32,000 bases of DNA from Candidatus Saccharimonadota bacterium (GCF_000300075.1 NC_018677.1:150001-182000); one strand, 5' to 3'; shown: positions 18,171 through 28,844, counted from the stretch's first letter. Numbers and translations are program-made. The notes: generated by a model from the letters alone, not told the origin.

Positions 18171-19490
18171 TTAATATTTAACTTCTTTTATGTTTATACC
18201 CAAAGTAGTTAATAAGAGGTTAAAATTAGGAAATGAAGTAGAAACATTTGTACAGTCATCAATAACAATAACATCAGTTGCTTTTAAAGCAGCAATAGTA
18301 AAAGACATAGCAATGCGATGATCTCCATAACTATTAATACATCCCCCTTTATAAACTTTAGTACCAAATATATCAATTCCATCTTCGTATACACTCGTTT
18401 TAACCCCAATTGTTTTAAAACCTTTCGCCATTGCACTAATTCTATCGCATTCTTTAACTCTTAATTCTGATGCACCTCGCAACCTAGTAATGCCTTCTGC
18501 ATTAGCAGCTGCTACTAATAGTATAGGTAATTCATCAATAGCTAAAGGTACTTGATTGAGTGGTATGTCTATGCCTTTTAGCTTTGCATATTTTATATTT
18601 ATATCTGCCACTGGTTCATTGCAATAAATCTTTTCATTTAATAAGTTTATATCAGCACCCATTTTACGTAAAATATTAATTACTCCAATACGAGTAGGAT
18701 TTATTCCTACTTTTTTTAATAACAAATCTGAATTAGGTATTATAGAAGCTGCTACTAAAAAAAAAGCAGCTGATGAAATATCCGCTGGTATTTTAATTTT
18801 ACTTGCTTTTAATTTTGAGCCCCCTACTAAAGAAATAGTATTCTCTTTTTGTTTTATCTTATATCCAAAACTTTTTAACATACGTTCTGTATGATCTCTT
18901 GTGCAACCCGGTTCTATTATTTTTGTTTCACCTTTTGCATAAATTCCAGCTAATAATAAACAAGATTTTACTTGTGCGCTTGCTATTGGCATAATATAGT
19001 TTATTCCCGTTAGCCTATTACCAAGTATTTTCACAGGAGGTACACCGTATTTATCAGTTTTAATTTTTGCACCCATTAATCTTAGTGGGATTGCAACTCT
19101 ATTCATAGGTCGTTTATTTAAAGAAAGATCTCCAGTCAATTTAGTATCAAATTTTTGTCCTGCTAACAAACCAGTCAACAACCTCATACTTGTGCCTGAA
19201 TTACCTAAATATATATTTTTTTTTGGATTTTTTAATCCATATATTCCCGCTCCTGAAATACATAATATGTTTTGTTTAGGCCCATAAATTTCAACTCCCA
19301 TTTCTCTAAATGATTGTAATGTTGATAAACTATCATATCCATCTAAAAAACCAGTAATCTTTGTGAGACCAGTAGCTAACGATCCAAACATCAGTGCCCT
19401 ATGAGAAATAGATTTATCACCTGGAACAATTATTATTCCCTTAATTGGTTTAATTGCTCTTTGTACTATATACTTAACTTTGTTTTTCAT
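18171..19490 (-). CDS. aroA: 3-phosphoshikimate 1-carboxyvinyltransferase (EPSP synthase)
   Basis: 439 aa with PGDKSISHRALMF, LGNSGTSMRLLTG, RPMNRV, ASAQVKSCLLLAG, RVKECDRI and YGDHRIAMSF, which are canonical AroA motifs. Confidence 0.95.
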   Translation of the reverse strand: MKNKVKYIVQRAIKPIKGIIIVPGDKSISHRALMFGSLATGLTKITGFLDGYDSLSTLQSFREMGVEIYGPKQNILCISGAGIYGLKNPKKNIYLGNSGTSMRLLTGLLAGQKFDTKLTGDLSLNKRPMNRVAIPLRLMGAKIKTDKYGVPPVKILGNRLTGINYIMPIASAQVKSCLLLAGIYAKGETKIIEPGCTRDHTERMLKSFGYKIKQKENTISLVGGSKLKASKIKIPADISSAAFFLVAASIIPNSDLLLKKVGINPTRIGVINILRKMGADINLLNEKIYCNEPVADINIKYAKLKGIDIPLNQVPLAIDELPILLVAAANAEGITRLRGASELRVKECDRISAMAKGFKTIGVKTSVYEDGIDIFGTKVYKGGCINSYGDHRIAMSFTIAALKATDVIVIDDCTNVSTSFPNFNLLLTTLGINIKEVKY

Positions 19491-19495
19491 ATTAC

Positions 19496-20575
19496 TTATA
19501 TTCTCTTAGTTAATTGTTCTGGAAATGAACCTAATATTTTAAGTTCTGCACCACGCAGATAAATTTCTTCTAAAGTTTTTTCTACTAATTTAGATTTACG
19601 ATGTCCTTTTATTTCTAAAAAAATTATGTAGTTCCAAACTCCTTTATTCTCTGGTGCAGGTCTAGTTGTTAAGCGTAAGATATTTATGTTATAACGATAA
19701 AAGGGTTCTATTAACAAATAAAAAGAACCTATTTGATTGTTTATATATATCATCAAATAAGTCTTATCATAACCTGTTGGTGCAACATCTTTATCAGACA
19801 ATATTAAAAATCTTGTATAATTATTTATACGATCTTCTATATTTTTAGCAAGTTTAATTAAAGAATAATAACTAGCAGCAAGATCTCCAGCAATTGCCGC
19901 ACTATTTTTTTTATATTGTGTTAAATTTGAAGCTTCTGCATTAGAAGCCACTGCAATTTTTTTTGCATTTGGATAGTTATTTTTCAACCAATCTCTACAC
20001 TGAGAAAATGATTGTTGATGCGAATAAATCTTGTCTATGTTTTTATTTATATTCTGTTTATCAATCAACAAATGATGATGTATAGATAATATTATTTCAC
20101 CACATATTTTTAAGTTTGAACTAATAAATGAATCAAAAGTATTATTCACTATGCCTTCTGTTGAATTTTCTACTGGTACAACCCCATAATTATATATTTT
20201 GTTTTCTATTGTTCTAAACACATCTTTAACGGGTATACTTTTTATTGATTTACCAAAATATTTTAATACTGCTTGTTGGGTAAAAGTGCCCTCTGGACCT
20301 AAATATGCTACTTGACTTTTTTTTTTAAACTTTAAACAAGCCGATACAATAGATTTAAAAATTTTAGATAATACTTTATTAGACAGTGGTCCTTTATTAC
20401 TTGTTTTAATACTATAAAAATACCGGTCTTCATGACCATTGTTATAACTACAATTTTGTTTATCGTCTGCCAATTGAATTTGTGAAACCAATTTAGCACG
20501 GTGACTAATTAACTTTAATATTTGATAGTCAATATTACCAATGTATTTTATATAGGGTTTAAATTTTTTGTTCAT
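19496..20575 (-). CDS. pheA: bifunctional chorismate mutase / prephenate dehydratase (P-protein)
   Basis: It has an N-terminal chorismate-mutase helix region (IDYQILKLISHRAKLVSQI), a prephenate dehydratase domain (VAYLGPEGTFTQQA, GVVPVENSTEGIV, YSHQQSFSQCRDWL, NYTRFLIL) and a C-terminal ACT-like domain. I place the start at ATG 20575 (MNKKFKPY), because the longer ORF to 20665 would overlap the gyrA 3' end. Confidence 0.9.
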   Translation of the reverse strand: MNKKFKPYIKYIGNIDYQILKLISHRAKLVSQIQLADDKQNCSYNNGHEDRYFYSIKTSNKGPLSNKVLSKIFKSIVSACLKFKKKSQVAYLGPEGTFTQQAVLKYFGKSIKSIPVKDVFRTIENKIYNYGVVPVENSTEGIVNNTFDSFISSNLKICGEIILSIHHHLLIDKQNINKNIDKIYSHQQSFSQCRDWLKNNYPNAKKIAVASNAEASNLTQYKKNSAAIAGDLAASYYSLIKLAKNIEDRINNYTRFLILSDKDVAPTGYDKTYLMIYINNQIGSFYLLIEPFYRYNINILRLTTRPAPENKGVWNYIIFLEIKGHRKSKLVEKTLEEIYLRGAELKILGSFPEQLTKRI

Positions 20576-20579
20576 TTTT

Positions 20580-23105
20580 TTATACCTTGTCCTTTGTTTT
20601 ATTTTCTTTATAAGAGTATACTTTTCTGTTATTCGTAAAACTGATAAATTTATCGTTATTAACACGTATAAATGTTAGTCCTTGAGCAATACGTGATCTA
20701 CAAGATATCTCTTTAACTGTAGTACGTATTAATTTTCCCCGATTTGTTATTAAAATAATTTCATCCGTATCTTTTACTTTTATTGCAGATACTAAATTAC
20801 CATAACGATTGTTATAACACTTTGCTATAATACAATGCCCACCACGGTTCATTAAATGAAAAGCTTCTATCTTTCTACGTTTTACATATCCGTTTTCTGA
20901 AACTGTTAAAATATAATAGATGTGTGAATCTTTGTTGTTATTTATAACTATTAAACTAATGACTTTATTGTTTGAAAACAACCGCATGCCCAGTACACCC
21001 ATAGCTTTGCGTCCCATTGTTCGTACTTCACTTTGTTTAAAGAAAATAGATTTTCCATTTGAATCAAGTAACATAATTAAATTATCTTGTCCATAAGTAA
21101 TAGCAGCACAAATTAAACTATCTCCTCTTTCTAAAATAAGTGCAATTATTCCACAATTACGTTGTCTATTAAATCGTTTTATATGAGTTCTTTTTACTTT
21201 ACCTAAAGCAGTTGCAAAAAATATATAATTATTTGTTTTTTGAATTTCATCATTAATTGCAAGTATTGCAGTAATTTTTTCATTTACATCTAAACAAAGT
21301 AATTTCCCTAAATGTCTGCCTCTAGCGTATCTACTAATATTATGAATGTCATAAAGATTTAGCCAATACACTTTACCTTTATCAGAAAATAATAAAATTG
21401 TATCATGATTTGAAGCAAACAATAAATGTTCTATCACATCTTCATCTTTTTCAGTTATTGTAATTAACTTACCTCTACCACCTCTTTTTTGTGTTTGATA
21501 CACTGAATTTTTCTGTATTTTAGCAAATCCTGCTTTAGAAACGGTAACAACAATTTGTTCTTCATTTATTATATCAACCGTACTTATTTTTTTTTGAATA
21601 GCGGTGATTTTTGTTTTACGCTTATCTCCATACTTATAACTTATTTCAATTAACTCTTTTCGTATCCAATCCATAAAATAGTCAAATGAAGACAATATTT
21701 TTTTTAACTTAGTTATTTTTTTTAAAGTGGTTTTGTAATCATCAAGAACAAATTTACTTTCTAAGCTAGTTAAACGATATAATCTTAAGTCCATAATTGC
21801 CTTTAGCTGAAATTCAGTTAACAACGATGAATCAATAAAATAAGTGTTAAATAACTTTAACTTTTTCCATTTAACATTTTGTAATTTTGTTTTAGCATCT
21901 TTAAAAGAAGAAGCAGATTTAATTATTTCTATGACACTATCTATATTTGAACTTGCAATTATTAAACCTTCAATAATCTGTTTTTGTTTTGTAATTTGTT
22001 TTAATTTATATAATGTACGTCTTTTTAATACTTCTTGCCGTTGATTTATAAACGCTTCAATTATTTCTTTTAGATTGAATGTTTTAGGTTTTCCTTTCTC
22101 AACAGCAACCATGTTTACACTATAAATTACCTCCATTTGAGTGTGTGCCAAAATATTGTTTAATATAAATTTACTTGATTCGTAACGATTTATTTCCACA
22201 ACAACTCTTAACCCATCTTTATCTGATTCATCTCTAAGCTCTTTTATTCCAGATATTTTTTTTGTTTTTACTAATTCTACTATTTTTTCTATTAACCTAG
22301 CTTTATTTACGTGATATGGTATTTCTGTAAAAATTAACTTTTCAGTTCCATTCAATTTGTTTTTTTTTATTATATGTTTTGCGCGTATATTTAAACTACC
22401 TTTTCCTGTTTTATAAGCTTCTACAATCCCAGCAGTCCCATAAATTATACCTGAAGTAGGAAAATCTGGACCCTTTATATATGTCATTAATTGTTCTATG
22501 GAAATATTTTTATCTTCAATAAAAGCTAAACATGCATTTATAACTTCTTTTATATTGTGAGGAGGTACATTCGTTGCCATACCAACAGCAATACCACTTG
22601 TGCCATTTAGTAATAAATTAGGTATACGACTGGGTAAAACTTCCGGTATTTTTTCAGTACCATCATAATTATCAACCCAATTTACTGTATCGTTTTCAAG
22701 ATCATATAAAAACTCACTTGTTATTCGAGATAATCTTACTTCTGTGTATCTCATTGCTGCTGCATTATCACCATCAATTGATCCAAAATTTCCTTGACCA
22801 TCAATCAATACATATCGCATAGAAAACGCTTGGGACATTCTGACAATTGCATCATAAACAGCACTATCTCCATGAGGATGATATTTACCAATTACATCAC
22901 CTACTACACGAGCAGATTTTAAATGCTTTTTATTACATGTATTTTTTAATTCATGCATAGCAAACACTACACGGCGATGCACAGGTTTTAAACCATCACG
23001 TATGTCTGGAATTGCACGGCCAATAATTACACTCAATGCATAATCCAAATATGACTGTTTTACTTCATCTTCAATTGATAAAAATTTTTTATATTTTTCA
23101 AGCAT
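20580..23105 (-). CDS. gyrA: DNA gyrase subunit A
   Basis: [46 protein letters not shown], with the catalytic-Tyr context [10 protein letters not shown], and C-terminal beta-pinwheel repeats. The start is ATG 23105 (preferred) or the upstream in-frame TTG 23135. Confidence 0.95.
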   Translation of the reverse strand: MLEKYKKFLSIEDEVKQSYLDYALSVIIGRAIPDIRDGLKPVHRRVVFAMHELKNTCNKKHLKSARVVGDVIGKYHPHGDSAVYDAIVRMSQAFSMRYVLIDGQGNFGSIDGDNAAAMRYTEVRLSRITSEFLYDLENDTVNWVDNYDGTEKIPEVLPSRIPNLLLNGTSGIAVGMATNVPPHNIKEVINACLAFIEDKNISIEQLMTYIKGPDFPTSGIIYGTAGIVEAYKTGKGSLNIRAKHIIKKNKLNGTEKLIFTEIPYHVNKARLIEKIVELVKTKKISGIKELRDESDKDGLRVVVEINRYESSKFILNNILAHTQMEVIYSVNMVAVEKGKPKTFNLKEIIEAFINQRQEVLKRRTLYKLKQITKQKQIIEGLIIASSNIDSVIEIIKSASSFKDAKTKLQNVKWKKLKLFNTYFIDSSLLTEFQLKAIMDLRLYRLTSLESKFVLDDYKTTLKKITKLKKILSSFDYFMDWIRKELIEISYKYGDKRKTKITAIQKKISTVDIINEEQIVVTVSKAGFAKIQKNSVYQTQKRGGRGKLITITEKDEDVIEHLLFASNHDTILLFSDKGKVYWLNLYDIHNISRYARGRHLGKLLCLDVNEKITAILAINDEIQKTNNYIFFATALGKVKRTHIKRFNRQRNCGIIALILERGDSLICAAITYGQDNLIMLLDSNGKSIFFKQSEVRTMGRKAMGVLGMRLFSNNKVISLIVINNNKDSHIYYILTVSENGYVKRRKIEAFHLMNRGGHCIIAKCYNNRYGNLVSAIKVKDTDEIILITNRGKLIRTTVKEISCRSRIAQGLTFIRVNNDKFISFTNNRKVYSYKENKTKDKV

Positions 23106-23135
23106 ATATTTTGTTTTATTTTTTGTTAACTTCAA

Positions 23136-23731
23136 TTAGCTATGTTTAAATACATCTGTATAACTAAGTTAATAACTGTTGAAAATGTAGTGATTTGTTA
23201 TTGATGTACATAGTATTTTGTATACATTATTAATATTTGTATTTGTTTTACTTATTATTTTTGTTAAACTGTTTTAGTACTTGGCAGTTATCAGTTATAT
23301 ATACTTATTTAATAAATGATTTCGGTTTAAAAATCTATATATATCTTTAATTTTTATATAGTATTGCCTTTTCTTGTTCATTTCTTATTGTTTACTATTC
23401 TTTAACTTTTTTTTTTATGTTAAGTTACAGAAATTCTTGTTTTTTTTATTTTAAGCTGGTATTTATTTGTTTTTTACGGTTTATATTAGTATTAGTATTA
23501 GTTAGGTATCGCTGTGAACTTTACCCGGTAATAAGATAGAATAGTTGCTATTAAGGTATTATGGTATGTTTTAGTAGTTACACAGTTACAGTTACAGTTG
23601 CCGTTGCCGTTGCCGTTGCAGTTGCCGTTGCCGTTACAGTTGCAGTTGCAGTTGCAGTTGCCGTTGCAGTTGCAGTTGCCGTTGCCGTTGCCGTTGCCGT
23701 TGCTAAAATATTATTAAAAGTATAATATAAA
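23136..23731. other. non-coding spacer, T/G-rich on the + strand (asymmetry less extreme than other spacers)
   Basis: No credible ORF. It contains (ATTAGT)3 at 23485-23502 and the 20-unit hexamer array. Confidence 0.75.
23585..23704. repeat. 20-unit hexanucleotide array GTTRCN (GTTACA, GTTGCC, GTTGCA, GTTGCT interleaved)
   Basis: Unit order read directly: ACA ACA GCC GCC GCC GCA GCC GCC ACA GCA GCA GCA GCC GCA GCA GCC GCC GCC GCC GCT, each preceded by GTT. It is locally about 50% GC in an AT-rich context. Confidence 0.95.
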
Positions 23732-26146
23732 TTATACATTCTTATACTGACTAATTATGCTAATTATAAAAACCTTAAGATTAATATTAAAAGCTTTAAA
23801 CAAGCTTAATGCTTCTTTTTTATATTCTTCTATAGGTTTTTTTTGGATATAATATCGAAGATGAATACTATTCATTATATAATCCATATTTTGCAGATGT
23901 TCTTTCCATTTTATATCAATTATTTGTAATATGGTATTTTTTTCAAAAAGTTTGATTCTTTGTTTACCAAATTTTTTACAATTATATATATAATTCGTTG
24001 TATACTTATCTTTTAGTTTTTTTTTAACGAAAATATACCCTGTATCTGATGAGAGCATATATTTATTTTTTTTAATCCATTTATAGATATTTAAATTTAA
24101 AATTGTTTTTATATTATCTTCAAATTTATCTATATTCGAATTGTTTTTATAATCACATATAATTTTACAAATTACTTCTTTAATAGTTGTTGTTATATAT
24201 TCAGCAAAATTCTGATTAAATAAAATGGCATCTCTTTGATGATATACAATTTTTCTATGGTAACTTGAAATCTTTTCATATTTTAATAGTTGTTTACGTA
24301 TGGCAAACTTATGACTTTCTATATTATTTTGAGCCTGTTCTAAAGCCTTATTAACTATTTTGTGTGATATAGATTCACCATAAGCTAAGCCTAAAATCTG
24401 AATCATTTTTTTAAGTCTATTCGAACAAACAACTCTCATTAACGTGTCTTCTAGAGCTACAAAAAACCTATTAGAACCTGGTTCTCCTTGCCGACCTGCC
24501 CGTCCTTTAAATTGATTATCAATTCTTCTTGATTCATGGTGTTCTGTTCCTATAACATGTAAACCGCCAGAAAGTTTAACCAAGTGTTTGTTAAATAGGT
24601 TTTGTTTGGTTCCACCTAAACTTATGTCAGTGCCTCTGCCTGCCATTTTTGTTGCTATAGTAATTGTGCTATATCGACCAGCTTTTGAAAGAATATTAGC
24701 TTCATAAGAATGATTGTTTGCATTAAGTACATTATGTGATATTTTGTGAAAATTTAATATACAAGACAAATATTCTGAAAAAATTATTGAAGTAGTACCC
24801 ACTACTAATGGACGGCCTTTATAAAGTTTATTTTTTATATCTTTAACAATAGCTTCAAATTTTTCTTTAAAAGAAAAAAATATTAGATCATTCATATCTT
24901 TACGGATTATAGGCTTGTTAGTTGGAATAACTAATACATCTAGTTTATAAACTTTCTTAAATTCGTACGCTTCAGTGAGTGCTGTTCCTGTCATTCCTGT
25001 GATTTTTGAATAAAGTCTAAAAAAATATTGTAAAGTAATATATGCCAAAACATTACCGTCTTGTTTTATCTTTACTCCTTCTTTTGCTTCTATAGCTTGA
25101 TGTAATCCGTCTGACCATCTTTTACCTGGAATAACACGTCCTGTATTTTCATCTACTATAATTATTTCTTTATTAATAATAAGATAATCAACATTTTTTT
25201 TAAATAAATATAGTGCTAATAAAGCTGCTTTTATCTTTTTTACAAAATCTATATTATTAACTGAATAAAGCGAATCAGAGCTTTTTATTATTTGTTTTGA
25301 TTTTAAAATAAATTCTATATATTTGTGTCCTTGTTCAGTTAAATAAACTTGTTTTTGTTTTTCATCTAAAACAAAATCGCATTGTTGATGTTTATATATA
25401 TTTTTTTTATTTATTATTAATTTTTCTGCTATATTTTTAATTAAATAATATATTTGAGTACCTGAATCTAATTGTCCTGAAATTATTAATGGGGTACGAG
25501 ATTCATCTATTAAAATAGAATCTATTTCATCAAGTAAAGCAAAATTAAGTTTTCTTTGAAATTTTTCTTTTATTTCATAAGCCAAATTATTGCGTAAATA
25601 ATCAAAACCATAGTCATTGTTAGTACCAAAAGTTATATCCGCTTTATAAGCAGATATTTTTTCTTGTAATATTTGTTCAGCATATATTGTTTTTCTACTT
25701 AAACCAAGAAATTCATATAATGGACGCAGATTCTTTGAATCTCTTTTTGATAAATATTCATTTGTTGTTATTACATGGACACCATGACCTGGCAATGCAT
25801 TTAAATATGTAGGTAAAGTCCCTACAAAAGTTTTACCTTCTCCAGTTTTCATTTCAGCAACTAAACCCTTATGTAAAACAATTCCACCTATGATTTGAAC
25901 ATCAAAATGCCGTATTCCCAATATACGTTTACTAGCTTCTCGAATAGTACAAAAAGCCTCAGGCAATAACATATCAAGTAAATCACCTTTAATTATTCGT
26001 TTACGATATTCTAATGTTTTATAACGTAACAAACTATTATCAATTGAAACAAAATGATTTTCTAAATCATTTATGATATATACGATATTACATATTCGTT
26101 TTATTTCACGATCATTTTTCTTTAAAACTAACGTACTTATTAACAT
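23732..26146 (-). CDS. secA: preprotein translocase ATPase SecA (short C-terminus)
   Basis: 804 aa. PEAFCTIREASKRILGIRHFDVQIIGGIVLHKGLVAEMKTGEGKT (Walker A), LDEIDSILIDESRTPLIISG, ITLQYFFRLYSKITGMTGTA, TKMAGRGTDI and GRAGRQGEPG. It is about 100 aa shorter than E. coli SecA at the C-terminus. Confidence 0.95.
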   Translation of the reverse strand: MLISTLVLKKNDREIKRICNIVYIINDLENHFVSIDNSLLRYKTLEYRKRIIKGDLLDMLLPEAFCTIREASKRILGIRHFDVQIIGGIVLHKGLVAEMKTGEGKTFVGTLPTYLNALPGHGVHVITTNEYLSKRDSKNLRPLYEFLGLSRKTIYAEQILQEKISAYKADITFGTNNDYGFDYLRNNLAYEIKEKFQRKLNFALLDEIDSILIDESRTPLIISGQLDSGTQIYYLIKNIAEKLIINKKNIYKHQQCDFVLDEKQKQVYLTEQGHKYIEFILKSKQIIKSSDSLYSVNNIDFVKKIKAALLALYLFKKNVDYLIINKEIIIVDENTGRVIPGKRWSDGLHQAIEAKEGVKIKQDGNVLAYITLQYFFRLYSKITGMTGTALTEAYEFKKVYKLDVLVIPTNKPIIRKDMNDLIFFSFKEKFEAIVKDIKNKLYKGRPLVVGTTSIIFSEYLSCILNFHKISHNVLNANNHSYEANILSKAGRYSTITIATKMAGRGTDISLGGTKQNLFNKHLVKLSGGLHVIGTEHHESRRIDNQFKGRAGRQGEPGSNRFFVALEDTLMRVVCSNRLKKMIQILGLAYGESISHKIVNKALEQAQNNIESHKFAIRKQLLKYEKISSYHRKIVYHQRDAILFNQNFAEYITTTIKEVICKIICDYKNNSNIDKFEDNIKTILNLNIYKWIKKNKYMLSSDTGYIFVKKKLKDKYTTNYIYNCKKFGKQRIKLFEKNTILQIIDIKWKEHLQNMDYIMNSIHLRYYIQKKPIEEYKKEALSLFKAFNINLKVFIISIISQYKNV

Positions 26147-26171
26147 TAACTAAATAACCTATAAATTATTT

Positions 26172-26245
26172 TACGTCTGAAGGGATTTGAACCCTTAACC
26201 TTTACCGTCGGAGGGTAAAGCTCTATCCATTTGAGCTACAGACGT
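26172..26245 (-). tRNA. tRNA-Arg (anticodon CCG)
   Basis: Reverse complement: ACGTCTGTAGCTCAAATGGATAGAGCTTTACCCTCCGACGGTAAAGGTTAAGGGTTCAAATCCCTTCAGACGTA. Perfect 7-bp acceptor stem (A1-U72). Anticodon stem TTACC/GGTAA with loop CTCCGAC. No encoded CCA. Confidence 0.85.
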
Positions 26246-26297
26246 ATCTTTTTTCTTTTTATAAAAACACAATCTTGATATTGAGCTACAGACGTAT
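26231..26297. repeat. 17-bp direct repeat duplicating the 5' end of tRNA-Arg
   Basis: TTGAGCTACAGACGTAT occurs at 26231-26247 (inside and just beyond the tRNA) and again at 26281-26297 in the spacer, 50 bp away. Confidence 0.9.
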
Positions 26298-26353
26298 ACT
26301 TATATGAAAAACAATACTGAATATTTTTACTCTGTGTGTTTTATTTCCTTTTT

Positions 26354-27754
26354 CTAACGGACATCAATTAAATGACCAGCTATTGATGCCGCAGCCGCCA
26401 TAGCTGGACTTACTAAATGAGTTCTACCACCATAGCCTTGACGGCTTTCATAATTTCTATTCGATGTGGATGCACACCTATCCCCTAAATCTAGTTTATC
26501 AGAATTCATAGCTAAACACATTGAACAACCTGGCTCTCGCCATTCAAATCCAGCAGAAATAAATACTTCATCCAATCCTTCTAATTCCGCTTGTTTTTTT
26601 ACATAACATGAACCTGGTACAACAATAGCTTCTTTTATAGTAGCAGCAATATGATTATTTTTTAGAAAATTAGCTGCAATACGTAAATCTTCAATGCGTG
26701 AGTTAGTACATGATCCGATAAAAATACGATCAATTTTAATGTCTACTATTTTTTGTTCAGATTTTAAACCCATATATTTAATAGCTAATTCTATGTTCTT
26801 ACGGTCAGGTTTTGGATAATCTTTAGGATTAGGTATTTTTCCATTAACTCCAACCACCATATCAGGTTGCGTTCCCCAGCTTACCTGAGGTTCAATATTT
26901 TTTGCATTTATTTTTATATATTCATCAAACTTAGCATCATAATCAGAAAACAAGTTTTTCCATTTTATTATTGCTTTATTCCAAATAATGTTAGGTACTA
27001 ATGCACGCCCATGCAGATAATTACTTGCATTTTGATCAACTGAAATTAACCCAACTTTTGCTCCTGCTTCAATTGCCATATTACATATGGTCATTCTACC
27101 TTCCATAGACAATGTTTTAATTGTACTACCTGTAAATTCTACTGCATATCCTGTGCCTCCATCTGTACTAATAATGTTTATGATTGACAAGATTAAATCT
27201 TTTGCAGTTACTTTTACTGATAACTCTCCATTAATACAAACTTTCATATTTTTTAATTTACGTTGTAACAAACATTGTGTTGCTAATACATGTTCTACTT
27301 CTGAGGTTCCAATACCATAGGCTAAAGCCGCAAAAGCACCATGTGTAGATGTATGAGAATCGCCACAAACAACAGTCATTCCTGGTAAAGTTGCACCAAT
27401 TTCTGGTCCTATAACATGTACAATACCTTGTCTAACATCTTTTATGTTAAAAAACTTATTTATTAAAAAATCTTTACAATTTTTTTTTAACAAATTTATT
27501 TGAATACGAGAAAGTTCATCTTTTATACCATGTATACGTTCTTCTACGTTTGTTGGTACGTTATGATCAACAGTAGCAATGTTTGTATCAACCCTCCAAA
27601 TTTTACGCTTATTTAAACGTAAACCGTCAAATGCTTGAGGCGAGGTTACTTCGTGTAGTAAATGACGATCTATATATATTAATGCCGTTCCATCTTCACG
27701 ACTTTTTATAAGATGAGCAGACCAAATTTTCTCATATAGCGTCTGTCCTGTCAT
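26354..27754 (-). CDS. leuC: 3-isopropylmalate dehydratase large subunit
   Basis: 466 aa, collinear with E. coli LeuC: [61 protein letters not shown], and the Cys ligands in GCSMCLAMN. Confidence 0.95.
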   Translation of the reverse strand: MTGQTLYEKIWSAHLIKSREDGTALIYIDRHLLHEVTSPQAFDGLRLNKRKIWRVDTNIATVDHNVPTNVEERIHGIKDELSRIQINLLKKNCKDFLINKFFNIKDVRQGIVHVIGPEIGATLPGMTVVCGDSHTSTHGAFAALAYGIGTSEVEHVLATQCLLQRKLKNMKVCINGELSVKVTAKDLILSIINIISTDGGTGYAVEFTGSTIKTLSMEGRMTICNMAIEAGAKVGLISVDQNASNYLHGRALVPNIIWNKAIIKWKNLFSDYDAKFDEYIKINAKNIEPQVSWGTQPDMVVGVNGKIPNPKDYPKPDRKNIELAIKYMGLKSEQKIVDIKIDRIFIGSCTNSRIEDLRIAANFLKNNHIAATIKEAIVVPGSCYVKKQAELEGLDEVFISAGFEWREPGCSMCLAMNSDKLDLGDRCASTSNRNYESRQGYGGRTHLVSPAMAAAASIAGHLIDVR

Positions 27755-27755
27755 T

Positions 27756-28844
27756 TTAGTTAACTCCTATTTTATTTTTTACATTTACATCAATATTTTG
27801 AGCACGATTTCTTAAGAAATGATCCATTAATGTTAATGCAACCATTGCTTCAGCAATTGGTATGGCTCTAAGACCTACACAAGGATCATGGCGCCCTTTT
27901 GTAATTACTTTAATTGAATTTCCATACATATCTATAGTGTTGCCAGGTATAGTAATACTCGAAGTAGGTTTAAGGCTTAAGTTTAAAACTAATGATTGCC
28001 CATTAGAAATACCTCCTAATATACCTCCAGAATTGTTAGAAATAATTTTTTTATTTTTAATTTCGTCTCTGTGTTCACTACCTCTTTGATTTACAGATAA
28101 AAACCCAGAACCTATTTCTATGCCTTTCACTGCGTTTATACTCATTAAAGCGTGAGCTAATTCTGCATCTAATTTATCAAATACTGGTTCACCTAAGCCT
28201 ATAGGTACTCCATATGCAATTAATGTAAGTTTTGCTCCAATAGAATCTTCTTCACGTTGTAATTTTTTCATATATTTTTCTAAATAATTTATTTTATTTG
28301 GATCAGCACAAAAAAACGGATTTGTGTATACTATCTTCCAAGTTACAAAAGGTAACTTTATAGATCCTATTTGACTTATATAGCCACGTATAAACACATT
28401 TAATTTACTAAGATATTTTTTTGCTATTGCTCCAGAAGCAACTCGCATTACAGTCTCTCTTGCACTAGACCTACCTCCTCCTCTATAATCTCTAATGCCA
28501 TACTTTTGATAATATGTATAATCTGCATGAGAAGGACGAAATTGTTTTTTTATTGTTTTATAATCTTTTGAACGTTGATCTATATTTTCTATCAACAATC
28601 CAATTGGTGTTCCTGTAGTAATTCCTTTTAAAAGACCTGATAATATCTTTACTTTGTCTGGTTCTCGCCGTTGAGTAGTATATTTTGAACTACCTGGTTT
28701 TCTTCTATTTAATTGTTTTTGAATATATTTTTCACTTATTTCTATTCCTGGAGGACAACCATCTATAATAGCACCTAAAGCAAATCCATGACTTTCACCA
28801 AATGTAGTTACTGTAAACAATTTACCAAATGTATTACCTGACAT
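27756..28844 (-). CDS. aroC: chorismate synthase
   Basis: 362 aa. [20 protein letters not shown] matches E. coli [20 protein letters not shown]. Also [24 protein letters not shown] and GRHDPCVG. Confidence 0.95.
   Translation of the reverse strand: MSGNTFGKLFTVTTFGESHGFALGAIIDGCPPGIEISEKYIQKQLNRRKPGSSKYTTQRREPDKVKILSGLLKGITTGTPIGLLIENIDQRSKDYKTIKKQFRPSHADYTYYQKYGIRDYRGGGRSSARETVMRVASGAIAKKYLSKLNVFIRGYISQIGSIKLPFVTWKIVYTNPFFCADPNKINYLEKYMKKLQREEDSIGAKLTLIAYGVPIGLGEPVFDKLDAELAHALMSINAVKGIEIGSGFLSVNQRGSEHRDEIKNKKIISNNSGGILGGISNGQSLVLNLSLKPTSSITIPGNTIDMYGNSIKVITKGRHDPCVGLRAIPIAEAMVALTLMDHFLRNRAQNIDVNVKNKIGVN

Noticed and set aside
20576-20665. A 30-codon N-terminal extension of pheA (ORF-track start at 20665). 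A similar case is the gyrA TTG start at 23135.
   Set aside because: The pheA extension overlaps the gyrA 3' end. An ATG at 20575 gives a normal chorismate-mutase N-terminus 4 nt after the gyrA stop. For gyrA, the ATG at 23105 aligns well with E. coli, and the TTG cannot be excluded.
23585-23704. A possible CRISPR array. The same applies to the other tandem arrays.
   Set aside because: Units are 6-7 nt, or 32-50 nt with only 2 copies, and are contiguous with no unique spacers. No cas genes are present. These are microsatellites or duplications.
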